DNA from: Octopus sinensis
Lineage: Eukaryota
Assembly (NCBI RefSeq): GCF_006345805.1
Contig: NC_042997.1
Span: forward strand, 184,760,001 to 184,824,000
Length of the DNA: 64,000 nt
Reading direction: 5' to 3'
Positions within the stretch are counted from its first letter, which is position 1. Each line of letters starts with the position of its first letter. Both the position numbers and the translations under genes were made by a program. The notes below the pieces were generated by a model. That model saw nothing but the letters and a program-made list of their open reading frames with translations. It searched no databases and had not been told where the DNA came from. This document shows, in pieces, positions 1 to 11,135 of this stretch.

Positions 1-392
1 ACTACAATACTACATTTGTATTTGCCACACGGGTTGTATTGAGTTGTATATTACCAGGACAACTTATAATTTGTCTGGAAATATACAGAAAACAAATGAG
101 AAAGGTTAGCGGGGGGTGGGGTGGAAATGGGATAAAAATATATATAGAAAATATACATACAGACAAAATATGTGGCCACATGATTGATGTACTTCTCCTG
201 ATATAGGACAGAGAACCCAGCAAGGCCCCAATATAAGAGCTCCACCGATGTAAGATCACCCTAATCACGAAGGGCGTCAGCATTACTCGCCTCAGTTTTT
301 TTTTCTCCAGTTTATAGACACAGGTTTAGAGTAGTTCCATTCACCATGAACATCTTGCCACAGTCAGCCATCTTTAGACAGATTCACTGAAA
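1..392 (-). mobile_element. Possible 3' end and 3' UTR of an L1/Tx1-like LINE (decayed)
   Basis: Minus strand reads RWLTVAR then, after a frameshift, MVNGTTLNLCL*, resembling the C-terminus of Tx1-type ORF2 as I recall it; followed by UTR-like sequence. Weak. Confidence 0.3.
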
Positions 393-712
393 CTAATTTT
401 CAATCTTTTTAATTTAGGGACAAGTTTAGCAAATTTAAGGGCAGGGGTTTAGCCGATTCATTAGTTATTTTCGAACATGTTGATAAAGTCACTGTTGTTC
501 TTGTTTCTAAAATACAAACAAGGTCACAAATTTGAGGAAAGGTTATCGTCGAGAAGGGATATTTTATTTTATCGAATTGGGAAAGATAACGATCGCGTGA
601 TTTAAAGGAATAATCAAAAGGAACAATGAAATACTGTAAAATATTTTTCTGTCACACATTCTACTTGTTCTGCGTTTTACAATTAGAGATAATATTATTA
701 TTGTTGTTATGA

Positions 713-872
713 GCAGTAGGAGTGACTGTGTGGTAAATAGATTGCTTACCAGCCACATGGTTCCAAGTTCAGTCCCACTGCGTGACACTTTGGGCAAGTG
801 TCTTCTACTTTAGCCTCGGGCCGACCAAAGCCTTGTGAGTGGATTTAGTAGACGGAAACTAAAAGAGGCCCG

Positions 873-906
<34 letters not shown>

Positions 907-1140
907 GTGTGTGTATATGTTTATGTGTCTGTGTTTGCCCCCCCCAACAACGCTTGGTAACCGATGCTGGTGTGTTTTACGTCCCCCGTAACTTAGCGGT
1001 TCGGCAAAAGAGACCGATAGAATAAGTACTAGGCTTACAAAGAATAAGTCCTGGGGTCGATTTGCTCGACTAAAGGCAGTGCTCCAGCATGGCCGCAGTC
1101 AAATGACTGAGACAAGTAAAAAGAGAGTAATGAAGAGTAA
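713..1140 (+). mobile_element. tRNA-derived SINE family A (tRNA head, CORE-like segment, internal microsatellite, 3' module)
   Basis: A/B-box-like head, CTTTGGGCAAGTGTCTTCTAC segment, internal (TA)n(TG)n, 3' module ending CAGCATGGCCGCAGTCAAATGACTGA..AAGAG; same layout at 8795, 12645, 20251, 22244, 41816, 52291. Confidence 0.9.
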
Positions 1141-1372
1141 TATTGGTTTCAAATTTTGACTGAAGCTCAGCAACTTCGGAAGAGGGGCTAAATCGATTAC
1201 ATCGACCCCCAGTACTCAACTAGTACTTATTTTATCGACCCCGAAAGGATTAATGGCAAAGTTGACCTCGGCGGAATTTGAACGTAAAGATGGACGAAAT
1301 GCCGCTAATCATGCAAAGTATACAAAGCATACAAAATCGTGCTAACGATTTTGCCAGCTCGGTGCCTCTTAA
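1141..1372 (-). mobile_element. SINE family B, diverged copy
   Basis: Reverse complement of the GTTCAAATTCCGCCGAGGTCGACTTTGCCTTTCATCCTTTCGGGGTCGAT core, with a degraded head. Confidence 0.7.
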
Positions 1373-1639
1373 TAATGATTAATGATAATAATACAAGAAG
1401 CTGTGAAGAAGCAGCGAGAAATGTTTTGAGAAAGACGCAAATAGAAATGCTTTGCAGTATTTCGTTGTTATGTTGTGTGAGAACAACTATTGGCGATAAA
1501 CTGGCTTGGTTTTTAAAGTGCTGGATAATACGTTTGCCTCGTGGTATTTTCTCGCCGAGGATAACTTTGTCCTTCATCCTTTCAGAGTCATTAAAAAAAG
1601 TACCAATCTAGGACGTTAAATTTTGCAGAATTGTTGCCA

Positions 1640-2008
1640 CTCGAGCTGGCAGAAACGTTAGCACGTCGGGCGAAATTCTTAGCAGTATTTCGTCTGTCGC
1701 TACGGTCTGAGTTCAAATTCCGCCGCGGTCGACTTTGCCTTTCATCCTTTCGGGGTCGATAAATTAAAGTACCAGTTACGCACTGGGGTCGATGTAATCG
1801 ACTTAATCCGTTTGTCTGTCCTTGTTTGTCCTCTCTATGTTTAGTCCCTTGTGGGTAGTAAAGAAATAGGTATTTCGTCTGCCGCTACTTTCTGAGTTCA
1901 AATTCCGCCGAGGTTACGCTCCGGGGTCGATCGAATCGACTTAATCCCTTTGTCGGTCCTTGTTTGTCCCCTTTATGTTTAGCCCCTTGTAGGCGATAAA
2001 GAAATAAG
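1640..2008 (+). mobile_element. SINE family B, near-full copy plus headless second unit
   Basis: CGAGCTGGCAGAAACGTTAGCACG head, B box GAGTTCAAATTCC, tail GTAGTAAAGAAATA joined directly to GGTATTTCGTCTGCCGC of a second, internally deleted unit. Confidence 0.85.
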
Positions 2009-2169
2009 AATTGTTGCCTGTCGGACGAGATGTCTTGCAGTATCAGTTCCAACAATTGAAAAAACAATGGCGCCTCTGCCAAGAGTTGCGACCGAAAAGG
2101 TATTATCAGCAGTTCATCGACTACCACTACCAACATTTCCTAATTCAAATTTAGTCATCTTTGACATTA

Positions 2170-3105
2170 CACTTCACCTTTCCTGAGTCTAAAAAATTAT
2201 GTACCGATCAAATAAAGTCTTGGAACGATATAATCGACTCTTCGCACGTCCTAAAATATATGATTCAGTATTTAATGAAGTACATAGCTAGACCGGCATC
2301 TCAAAAACTTATCTTTCCATTCAGGGCCAGAAATATTCTTCAGCCCTTAATAGCTACTGGTTCTCACACAATTTAGATGAAGCCCGTGATAATGTGCTGC
2401 TGGCACATCTGGAACGGCGATGCTGCTGCAGCTGCACATCCATAATCTTTGACCGCACCCAAAGACTGATTGATATGAACTCGCTCATCATCAGCACCTT
2501 CCAGTCAGTGATGCTCGCAAATGCTATCTTACCACTTTTTCTTACTGCAATGGTCTCTGATCTAACGACTTATCGAATCGCGTTTCTCTCCTAACAGGAA
2601 CTCCGACTCTGCTCATATAATTTTCCAGGGCTTCGACTTCCAAGACTTTGAGAGGGACATTATCAGCACCGTTTTCACAGGTCTTGGAGAATTTGCAAAC
2701 CTACGGGTACTTTGTTATTTCCCAGACGGACTTAATATTACGTCTTTTCTTTCCCTGTACAACCCGGTGTAGCTATGTATTACTTTGTTACGTGTTAAAT
2801 TTGCATCTTTTGTTTTATAATCTATTATAACGATATCACTTATCGGTAATGTAATGATTATTTCTTTTGAATCTGCAAAGTCTGGCTATCCCTGTTTTCA
2901 AAGCTTTAAATTTCGATAGTTTCTCCATTATTCATAGCCACATTGTCCTTTGTTGGAATTAATTCATTATTTAGAAGACACTCCTTTTCCAGAGAATGTT
3001 TGACAATAACAATTGCTATATCTGATTTAATCTCCTGGTGTGCATGAATTAACTTGTGGTTACTTTCTCTATGGTGTGTTTGCAGCATTTCATATCTGTT
3101 GATAT
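2170..3105 (-). pseudogene. Heavily decayed coding-like segment, possibly LINE AP-endonuclease region
   Basis: Stop-riddled minus-strand frames with DIAIVIVKHSL and RRETRFDKSLD, loosely like APE motifs; no diagnostic residues confirmed. Confidence 0.2.
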
Positions 3106-3140
3106 TTCAAAATACATAGCTAGCTTCCATTGTATGAAAC

Positions 3141-3443
3141 GTGAAGGCACATGGCCTAGCGGTTAGAGCAGCGGACTCGCGGTCGAGGGATCGCGGCTGG
3201 AATCTCAGACCGGGTGATGTGTGTGTTTATGAGCGAAACACCAAAGCTCCACGCGGCTCCGGCAGAAGGTAATGGCGAACTTCTGCTGACTCTTTCGCCA
3301 CAACTTTCTCTCACTCTTTCCTCCTGCATCTTACAGCTCGCCTGCGACAGACCGGCGTTCCGTCCAGGTTGGGAACCTATACGCCAAGGAAACTGGGAAA
3401 CCGGCCCTTATGAGCCAGGCGTGGCTCGACAAGGAACAAACAA
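3141..3443 (+). mobile_element. tRNA-derived SINE family C (tail type 1)
   Basis: TGGCCTAGCGGTTAGAGC A-box head; 13 bp TSD CATTGTATGAAAC at 3128-3140 and 3444-3456; second copy at 35695. Confidence 0.9.
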
Positions 3444-4917
3444 CATTGTATGAAACACCCATATAATGCCTGCATTTATGTATTAATAAGAATCAACAGC
3501 TAAAGGTAATGTATTTAATTTTTGCTTTCTAACCTCCACATAATCTGCAGTTATTTAACGTAATCTGCTTCAGAACATATTTTTAGCGGACTTTGAACCT
3601 ACATTCCCAGCAAAATTCCTTCTGTCACATTGCAAGTTTCTCTATTTCCACATTAATTTTCAGGGTTGTACCAATGGAAGATTTGTATCGATTTAACATG
3701 ATACTCTGCCATGTTGTTTATCTTCTTTCCTCAGATATGTCTATTATTACCTCTGTTTTCTAATTGCTTTCTTTGTAATTATTTGCATTTGCTTTCCATT
3801 ATCGTTTGTAATATGTTATTGTAGCCCAAACGTCCCTACTTACATGAATATATAGTAAATATTGTCAACATTTTCGACTATTTGGCAATTTGTGTTCTGC
3901 ATTGTCAATCTAGGTGAGATGCTTAGAAAGAGACCTAGTTTCTGAAACCTGAAACCGTCTATGCCAGCAAGTCAATAACGATTTAACCACGTAGTTCGGT
4001 AGCAGTCGATTGGTGAGATCGTCAACTATCGGTGGTGGTGTGATCTGGAGAAAGAGGGATATAACCGGCAGAATGTAGCAAAGGAGCTGCATTAAATAGA
4101 TTAGATGAATTAATAAGTGATTAAGAAAAGCGTAGTGAATGGCGTGCAAACAGCAAGAATTGGCTCGGGCGGTTGGAGTACATCTCGACAACTTCAAAGC
4201 GCAGGTTATCATAGATATAGTTACCGACAGGGAGATCAAAGCTCCTTCACCTAGAACGTTGCCAGGCGTAAACAGATTGCAACTAGTCAGTTACTTGAAA
4301 TTCCTCTATAAGATTCTATCAAAACTGATCGATCCAATTTACTTTAATCCCTGATATTTATGGGTTTATTAACAATGTACTTGTGGATAATTCAAGCTGG
4401 TACATAGTTGCTGAGGATACAAGAGTACAGCTGTTCCCTCTTTTTCTGTCCATGAACAAATTATAGACACATTATTTACGATCGTTGTAACACAGTCTGG
4501 GCTAATAAATCTATAGATATATTTTTATAGCACATTATAGCAATTTCCTTATACGGTATCGTTATCTTTTTCTTGATGTTTTTCATGCGTGTTATTGTTT
4601 TCATAACGTTCCACATTAGTTACCCGTGTGGCATTAACCAAAATGATTGCTATTATCATTACGTAACTGGGAATCGATTCTGTTTCTCTTCTTTCGGGTG
4701 CCGATAAAAGAGCAACTAGTCAGGTGATATCTTCAAATAAATTAACCTGATCCCGCTCCAAAAATTCGCGGTCAGGTGAACTTCGTAAGAAAGAAGTTGT
4801 AGATTTGAAATAATAGCAATTGTGTTTAATAATAAATGTATTATACCGACTAAGTTCAAACATTTGCTGGATCAATTTTGTCTTCCATTTTCTTGTGTTT
4901 GATGAAATAATTATCAG

Positions 4918-4962
4918 CTAAAAGCGTTGAACCATTCTAAGAAACTATTACAATTGAGAGAG
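4918..4962 (+). CDS. Candidate 45-nt host exon (LKALNHSKKLLQLRE), phase 0-0
   Basis: TTATCAG acceptor after a U-rich tract, AG|GTGAGT donor, open frame with helical K/L/E composition. Protein not recognised. Confidence 0.3.
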
Positions 4963-4971
4963 GTGAGTGGA

Positions 4972-5013
<42 letters not shown>

Positions 5014-5015
<2 letters not shown>

Positions 5016-5922
5016 GATGGCAAGAAATAATAATAATACGATGGCAATAATAAACGATGGCAAGAAAAGCCCCTTCATGGTAAATACTGGACTAAACTAA
5101 ACGCAAAAGAAATAGACAAAGAAAAATCCCAGCAATGGTTGAGAAGCTCAGGACTCAAAGCAGAAACAGAGGGATTTTTAATTGCAGCACAAGACCAAAG
5201 CCTCCCCACCAGAAATTACCAAAAACATGTAATGAAAAGAAATATTACAAGTAACTGCAGAATATGTGGAGATGGACAAGAAACAATAAATCATATTATC
5301 TCTAGCTGCCCAGTCTTGGCTAAGAAGGAATATATTCACAGACATGACAGAGTTGGAACCTACATACATTGGAAGCTATGCCAACATTATGGAATAACAA
5401 CAGAAAAAAGATGGTATAGGCACACACCAGAAAAGGTCACAGAAAACGAGAAAGCAACCATACTCTGGGATATGCCGATACACACAGATAGAGAAATTAA
5501 GGCCAACAGACCAGATAGAGTTGTCAGAGATCATGAAGAAAAAAAATGCTTTCTAATTGATGTATCAATACCGGCTGATGACAACGTGTCTCTAAAAGAA
5601 ATGGAGAAACTCTAAAAATACAAAGACCTGGAAATAGAGGTAACTAGAATGTGGAATCTGAAAACAGAAACAATTCTTATCATAGTAGGTGCATTAGGCA
5701 TGATAAAAAAATATTCAGACAAATACATAACAAAAACACCAGGACTTACAAACACATATAACATACAGAAAATTGCACTACTAGGCACTGCACACATCCT
5801 ACGCAGAACGCTTTCCATACAATAACCATCAGAGCATCACAACAAATCACAGCACATACCCAAGGCACACAGAGCTGCGCTCGGTAGTGAAGTGAAAGCA
5901 CGCTATAAAAATAAAACTACTG
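5014..5922 (+). mobile_element. 5'-truncated R4/Dong-clade non-LTR retrotransposon (restriction-like endonuclease type) in (AAT)n
   Basis: Encodes CRIC..ETINHIISSC zinc knuckle, RHD motif, NRPD..LIDVSIP..EKL RLE motif; (AAT)n at 4972-5013 and 5923-5946. Confidence 0.92.
5055..5825 (+). pseudogene. R4/Dong ORF C-terminus (zinc knuckle plus RLE endonuclease), one internal stop
   Basis: Single frame RWQEKPLHGKYW...EKL*KYKDLEIE...LLGTAHILRRTLSIQ*; TAA at 5613-5615 interrupts EKL(S)KYKDL. Confidence 0.9.
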
Positions 5923-5946
5923 AATAATAATAATAATAATAATAAT

Positions 5947-6081
5947 CACCATGTCGCACACATATGGTTGTGATGCATGTGCCTGGTGTACCCTTATCAG
6001 ACGAGTAGTAATGATGGGTATACTGGGCTTCATATAATTTACCCCAGTGTCACTTTGATGGCATACACTACTCTCTCACTC

Positions 6082-6082
<1 letters not shown>
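5947..6082 (+). mobile_element. 3' tail of a further SINE-like repeat ending in (AAT)n
   Basis: GC-richer segment ending TACCCCAGTGTCACTTTGATGGCATACACTACTCTCTCACTC, then (AAT)n to about 6124; recognised as a common repeat tail, single copy here. Confidence 0.55.
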
Positions 6083-6113
<31 letters not shown>

Positions 6114-6727
6114 TAATAATAATAAAGCGAAAGAGTAAAGGCTTTGTACTATTGTATTTCATTCCACCATATATTCTACGATTTAAAAAAAATCAGCTTA
6201 TTTAAAATCAAAACCAAGAAAAACAGATATGTATTCAAATTAAACTTATCAAGTATTAGATTTTGTTTATAATGTTCTGTTTTATTTACAACGTGCAGTT
6301 TCTATCTATAATGTCTTTTTCTTGTTTATATGATGCCCTTTGCTCATAATGGTCAGCGCAAACGAATCACTATAAACGAATATAGTGTGCTTATAATGTC
6401 TAGTTTTGTTCAAGTATATGAAGATCTGACTGGAAAAAACAGAGTAAAAGAAACCTTTATATACCTTTCTAAATTATTGAAAATACAATATATTCTTTTC
6501 GTTTTAATCTATCTCACAGGAATTACCAATGTATTATATGCAAGATGTATGGACGAATGTTTCTAATACAGTGCCAATTACGAATGATTAATTGACAAGT
6601 TGTTCGACTCCTGGAACAGTATAGGAAGATAATGAGAATATTTTAAATGATAGAAGATTTTATGTGTATCATATGATAATTCCAATGGAATCTAACTGGG
6701 TACGTTGTTCTGTAATCGCCTTCAACA

Positions 6728-6900
<173 letters not shown>

Positions 6901-7951
6901 CATGTTTTTGTGTATATATGTGTGTATATCTATATGGACTGATGTATGTATATGTATATATGTTAATATTTTCATGTGTTTAAAGTTTTTCTTGGTTTGT
7001 TTTCTGATGTCCCCCGCGTAGTAATAAATATTTTGATAGTACAGCTATTTAATTTGGTACAGCTATAACCATATATTTGTTATATTATATGTACATATGG
7101 CGATTACTCTGTCCAGTTTAACTGCATGATTCTAATAAATGATATTCAGCACTCGGGTTTTGTTGAAACATATAATTTTCTGCCTAAGTTATTAATGGTT
7201 TTGATGTCTGATCGGCATTTGACAAACGCTCGTTTAAAATAAGAGATTTAGAGATTTTTAGCTACTGATCGAAAGAATATCACTAATACCGGACTGCAAG
7301 GAGTCTTCAAGTCGTAATCATTCAACCTGTACCAAACAGTGTCCAGATCCTCTTCAAATACCGTCATACCATCTTTAAAAAAAGCACGTGCCCTAATTTA
7401 GTTCTAGTTACATATTTTCTGACAAAAAGATAGCATGGTCACACCTGGAACGCTGTGATAGCTGAACCAGGGCTGATCTGGAGATAAGAAAATAAAAGCA
7501 TATCACGATTACATTATGCAATACTATATAAAAAAATGGGAAGAGAAACAGACCATATTCAGTCGAAATTACATCCATAGTGAGAAAGCAAAGCTCCAGT
7601 GACAGTTCTTATCAAGAAAAGCGAAGGAGAGAACTCGGAAATTTAATTCGGTCAAAAATTAAGTGGAAACATGCAATGAGAAGTGAGTCGGATCTTTTGT
7701 TGGAGCAGTAACAAATTGAGACGCGTTTCAGTCATGTCTTTAAGAAATCATAGTCTTATAAGGACGAACTAGAACTCAAAATAACTTCCAAAGGATATAT
7801 CTTTTGTGCATAAATTACTTTATGGTTAGGGAATTAAAAGGGAAAGACTGGAATAGTTGCAAAGATGAATAAAGAATATAAAGTTGAGTGAATTATTTTC
7901 ACGCCTCAACAGTTAGGCGTGTGTATATATATCTATATACTTACACAAATA

Positions 7952-7954
<3 letters not shown>

Positions 7955-8037
<83 letters not shown>
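7955..8037. repeat. (TA)n(CA)n compound microsatellite
   Basis: Directly visible. Confidence 0.97.
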
Positions 8038-8039
<2 letters not shown>

Positions 8040-8135
8040 CACATGCCCACACAGTCAAAGTGCGAAATCTGTAATTCTGCACCTCGTATTGAATTACGAT
8101 ACAACAAAAAGGACAAAATAACATTTTAGATATGA

Positions 8136-8491
8136 CTAGCAGTATCGCCCGGCGTTGCTCGGGATTGTAAGGGAAATAACTATATAAGCATTTTCAGAGA
8201 ATTATAGCCAAAAAATAGCAAAAATGCATTAAAAATGGAAAAAAAGAAATTTTTAGAGAGTTACTTCCCTTATATAATAGCGAAAAAATGCATTAAAATG
8301 GAAAAAAATGATGGCAATTTTTTTTTAAATCGTAGACTCACCGTAGACGCACGCTAATACCCAGAAGGGCTCGATATGAATCACGACTATAAGATACCCG
8401 GTTTTGGTTACACTGCACCGCAAAACGTAGGAGTAGTTAGGAATCTAAATCGTAGGAGACAGACACACAACTTGACTTTTATATATAAAGA
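8136..8491 (-). mobile_element. Non-autonomous Helitron, complete
   Basis: Minus strand: A|TC 5' end, subterminal hairpin CCCGAGCAACGCCGGG, CTAG|T 3' end, no TSD; homologous to 24612-24974. Confidence 0.87.
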
Positions 8492-8749
8492 TGTCACCAA
8501 CAGTAAGCAACACGAAATATGAAAGCAAATGAGTTCAATGCGCAAACAACGAGAGACACAAATAGAAAACAGGACAAGTGGCACAAAAAAAAACGGCACT
8601 TCATCAGTTACGTCGTTAAAAGCACTTTTGCTCCTACTTCTAGCAATGTGTTTTAACACCCTAGTAGCATTTAGTGAAAATTATAATTATCTTTTTTGAT
8701 AAAACATTGCAGACTGCTGTCTATTTTAATATATATATATATATTATAT

Positions 8750-8786
<37 letters not shown>

Positions 8787-8794
8787 GAATTATA

Positions 8795-8956
8795 GGCGTA
8801 GGAGCGGCTGTGTGGCAAGTAGCTTCTTACGAAGCACATGGTTCCGGGTTCAGTCCCACTGCGTGGCACCTTCGGCAAGTGTCTTCTACTATAGCCTCGG
8901 GCCGACCAAATCCTTTTGAGTGGATTTGGCAGACGGAAACTGAAAGAAGCCCGTCG

Positions 8957-8988
<32 letters not shown>

Positions 8989-9221
8989 TATATGTATGTG
9001 TGTGTGTGTATATGTTTGTGTCTCTGTGTTTGTCCCCACAACATCGCTTGACAACTGATGCTGGTGTGTTTACGTCCCCGTAATTCACCGGTTCGACAAA
9101 AGAGACCGATAGAATAAGTAATAGGCTTACAAAGAATAAGTCCTGGGGTCAATTTGCTCGACTCTGGGCGGTGCTCCAGCATGGCCGCTGTCAAATGACT
9201 GAAACAAGTAAAAGTGTAAAA
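8795..9221 (+). mobile_element. SINE family A
   Basis: Full head, CORE-like segment, internal (TA)n(TG)n, 3' module. Confidence 0.92.
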
Positions 9222-9668
9222 GATATATATATATATATAATATATATATATATATTTATATACAAAGTGAGCGCAATCGATCGTGTATTTATATATTTGT
9301 TGAGATATTCAAACATACAAATTCGAAATATAAATATAATGAAATACTTTCTCCTTTTGTTTTGTGATACACAAATATTTAAGTGAAATGCTATTAGTAA
9401 AATTAGAGAATTTATAAAAGCGTTCAACCATTTAGTAATTTGTTGTAGTATTTTTAAAGCTATTTCCTCTGAGAACGATTAATTATACTTTACGTACAAA
9501 TAAACGACCTACACTAATACACATACACACGCAAACGCACATACAAACACACAGACACACATGCACGCACAGAGACACATACACACTCACGGACACATAC
9601 ACAGTCATACACATACGTATATATACACTCGTAATGGTATTATTATAATACCATCACAAGTGGTAAGC

Positions 9669-9698
<30 letters not shown>

Positions 9699-9699
<1 letters not shown>

Positions 9700-9930
9700 T
9701 TCTTTACTACCCACAAGGGGCTAAACACAGAGGAGACAAACAAGGACAGACAAAGGGATTAAGTCGATTACATCGACCCCAGTGCGTAACTGGTACTTAA
9801 TTTATCGACCCCGGAAGGATGAAAGGCAAAGTCGACCTCGGTGGAATTTGAACTCGGAACGTAACGGCAGACGAAATACGGCAACGCATTTCGCCCGGCG
9901 TGCTAACGTTTCTGCCAGCTCGCCGCCTTA
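9699..9930 (-). mobile_element. SINE family B, full copy
   Basis: Reverse complement of complete family B unit. Confidence 0.92.
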
Positions 9931-10074
9931 TACGCATATGATTGTGTGTTTGTGTTTATAAGTATATATATATATATATATAATTCATATTTATACTACA
10001 TTACATCTACAATTTCTATACATAAATGCAAACGTAATTAGGTATGTATATATGTCTATATACATATGTATGTA

Positions 10075-10340
10075 TGTATCTATTTGTATGTGTGTGTGTG
10101 TTTGTGTATGTATGTATGTATGTATGTATGTATGTATGTATGTATGTATGTATGTATGTGTGTGTATGTTTGTGTATGTGTTTACGTGTACTGATTCAGG
10201 CAGAGCGGTGTAGTTAAGAGCGTCGATTCTTAAAGATGCTGATTCATGTTCAGTCTCAATATGTGGTAATTCAGGCAAGTATCTTGTATAATACCTTGTG
10301 AATGAATTTGGCGCACGGAAACTGCACTGAAGCCCGTCAT
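10075..10340 (+). repeat. (TATG)n array followed by diverged SINE A 5' half (10198-10340)
   Basis: Tetranucleotide array; CAGGCAAGTATCTTGTATAATA..GAAGCCCGTC matches the family A 5' half. Confidence 0.7.
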
Positions 10341-10834
10341 AAATACGTTTATCTATATATGCAAGTGTGTAAGCAGGCATTCCCTCATTAGCCGCTTGAG
10401 AATGATTACCACACTTAATGATGAATATTGGTGTCTGTTAGGTCGAGAAGAATCATTGTATTGCCCCAACATGGCAGCCTGTAAAAATACAGAATACTCG
10501 GGACAAATTTCACGATTTTTCTAAATTTCCTCTTTTCAGGAACAGCTTGATGTATTGGTGAAGGGTCTATGGCGCTGGAGAGCATAAAGATTATAGCTGA
10601 GAAAAAATTATCTGATATGGAGTTCTTGAAGCCATCTGAATATTGGAAAAGTGTTCCTTGTATCATAATGAATCACGCCGGGTATCTAGTTAATGCTCTA
10701 TGAACACCTTAAAGGCTGCAAGCTGTAACGCAGATACGAAGCCGTGGCCAGTAGGAAGGGACATAGCAGGGCTTTCACTGTGTCCGCAAGTTGGGATTGA
10801 CCTCTATCGTTTTGAATAGGGCCTAAGTCTCATC

Positions 10835-11135
10835 AGACGCTATATAAAACTGTTTGAGACTGTGGTCAATACCCGGTTGGAGAGAGTTGCTGCTGGAAGA
10901 CTATATGCGTGGTAGCAGGATTCGGCTCCTTGCCATACTTCCGGAAAGAATCAGGAGTGGTTGCTGGAGAAATGCTACGACATCACTAACCCCAATTTCT
11001 GGCTTCCCATTTCCCTCGATTGTAATCCATTGGATTACTATATGTGGGTTGGGGCTGAGAAAGACACCAAATTCTCTGCCTGCAATACTAAGGCCTAACT
11101 GTAGGTGATGATCAAGGAGGTGTTCGAAGATCTTT
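10835..11135 (+). pseudogene. Tc1/mariner transposase fragment, DD37D (maT-like) spacing
   Basis: AW*QDSAPCHTSGKNQEWL...WLPISLDCNPLDYYMW; 37 residues between second and third catalytic D; several stops. Confidence 0.85.
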
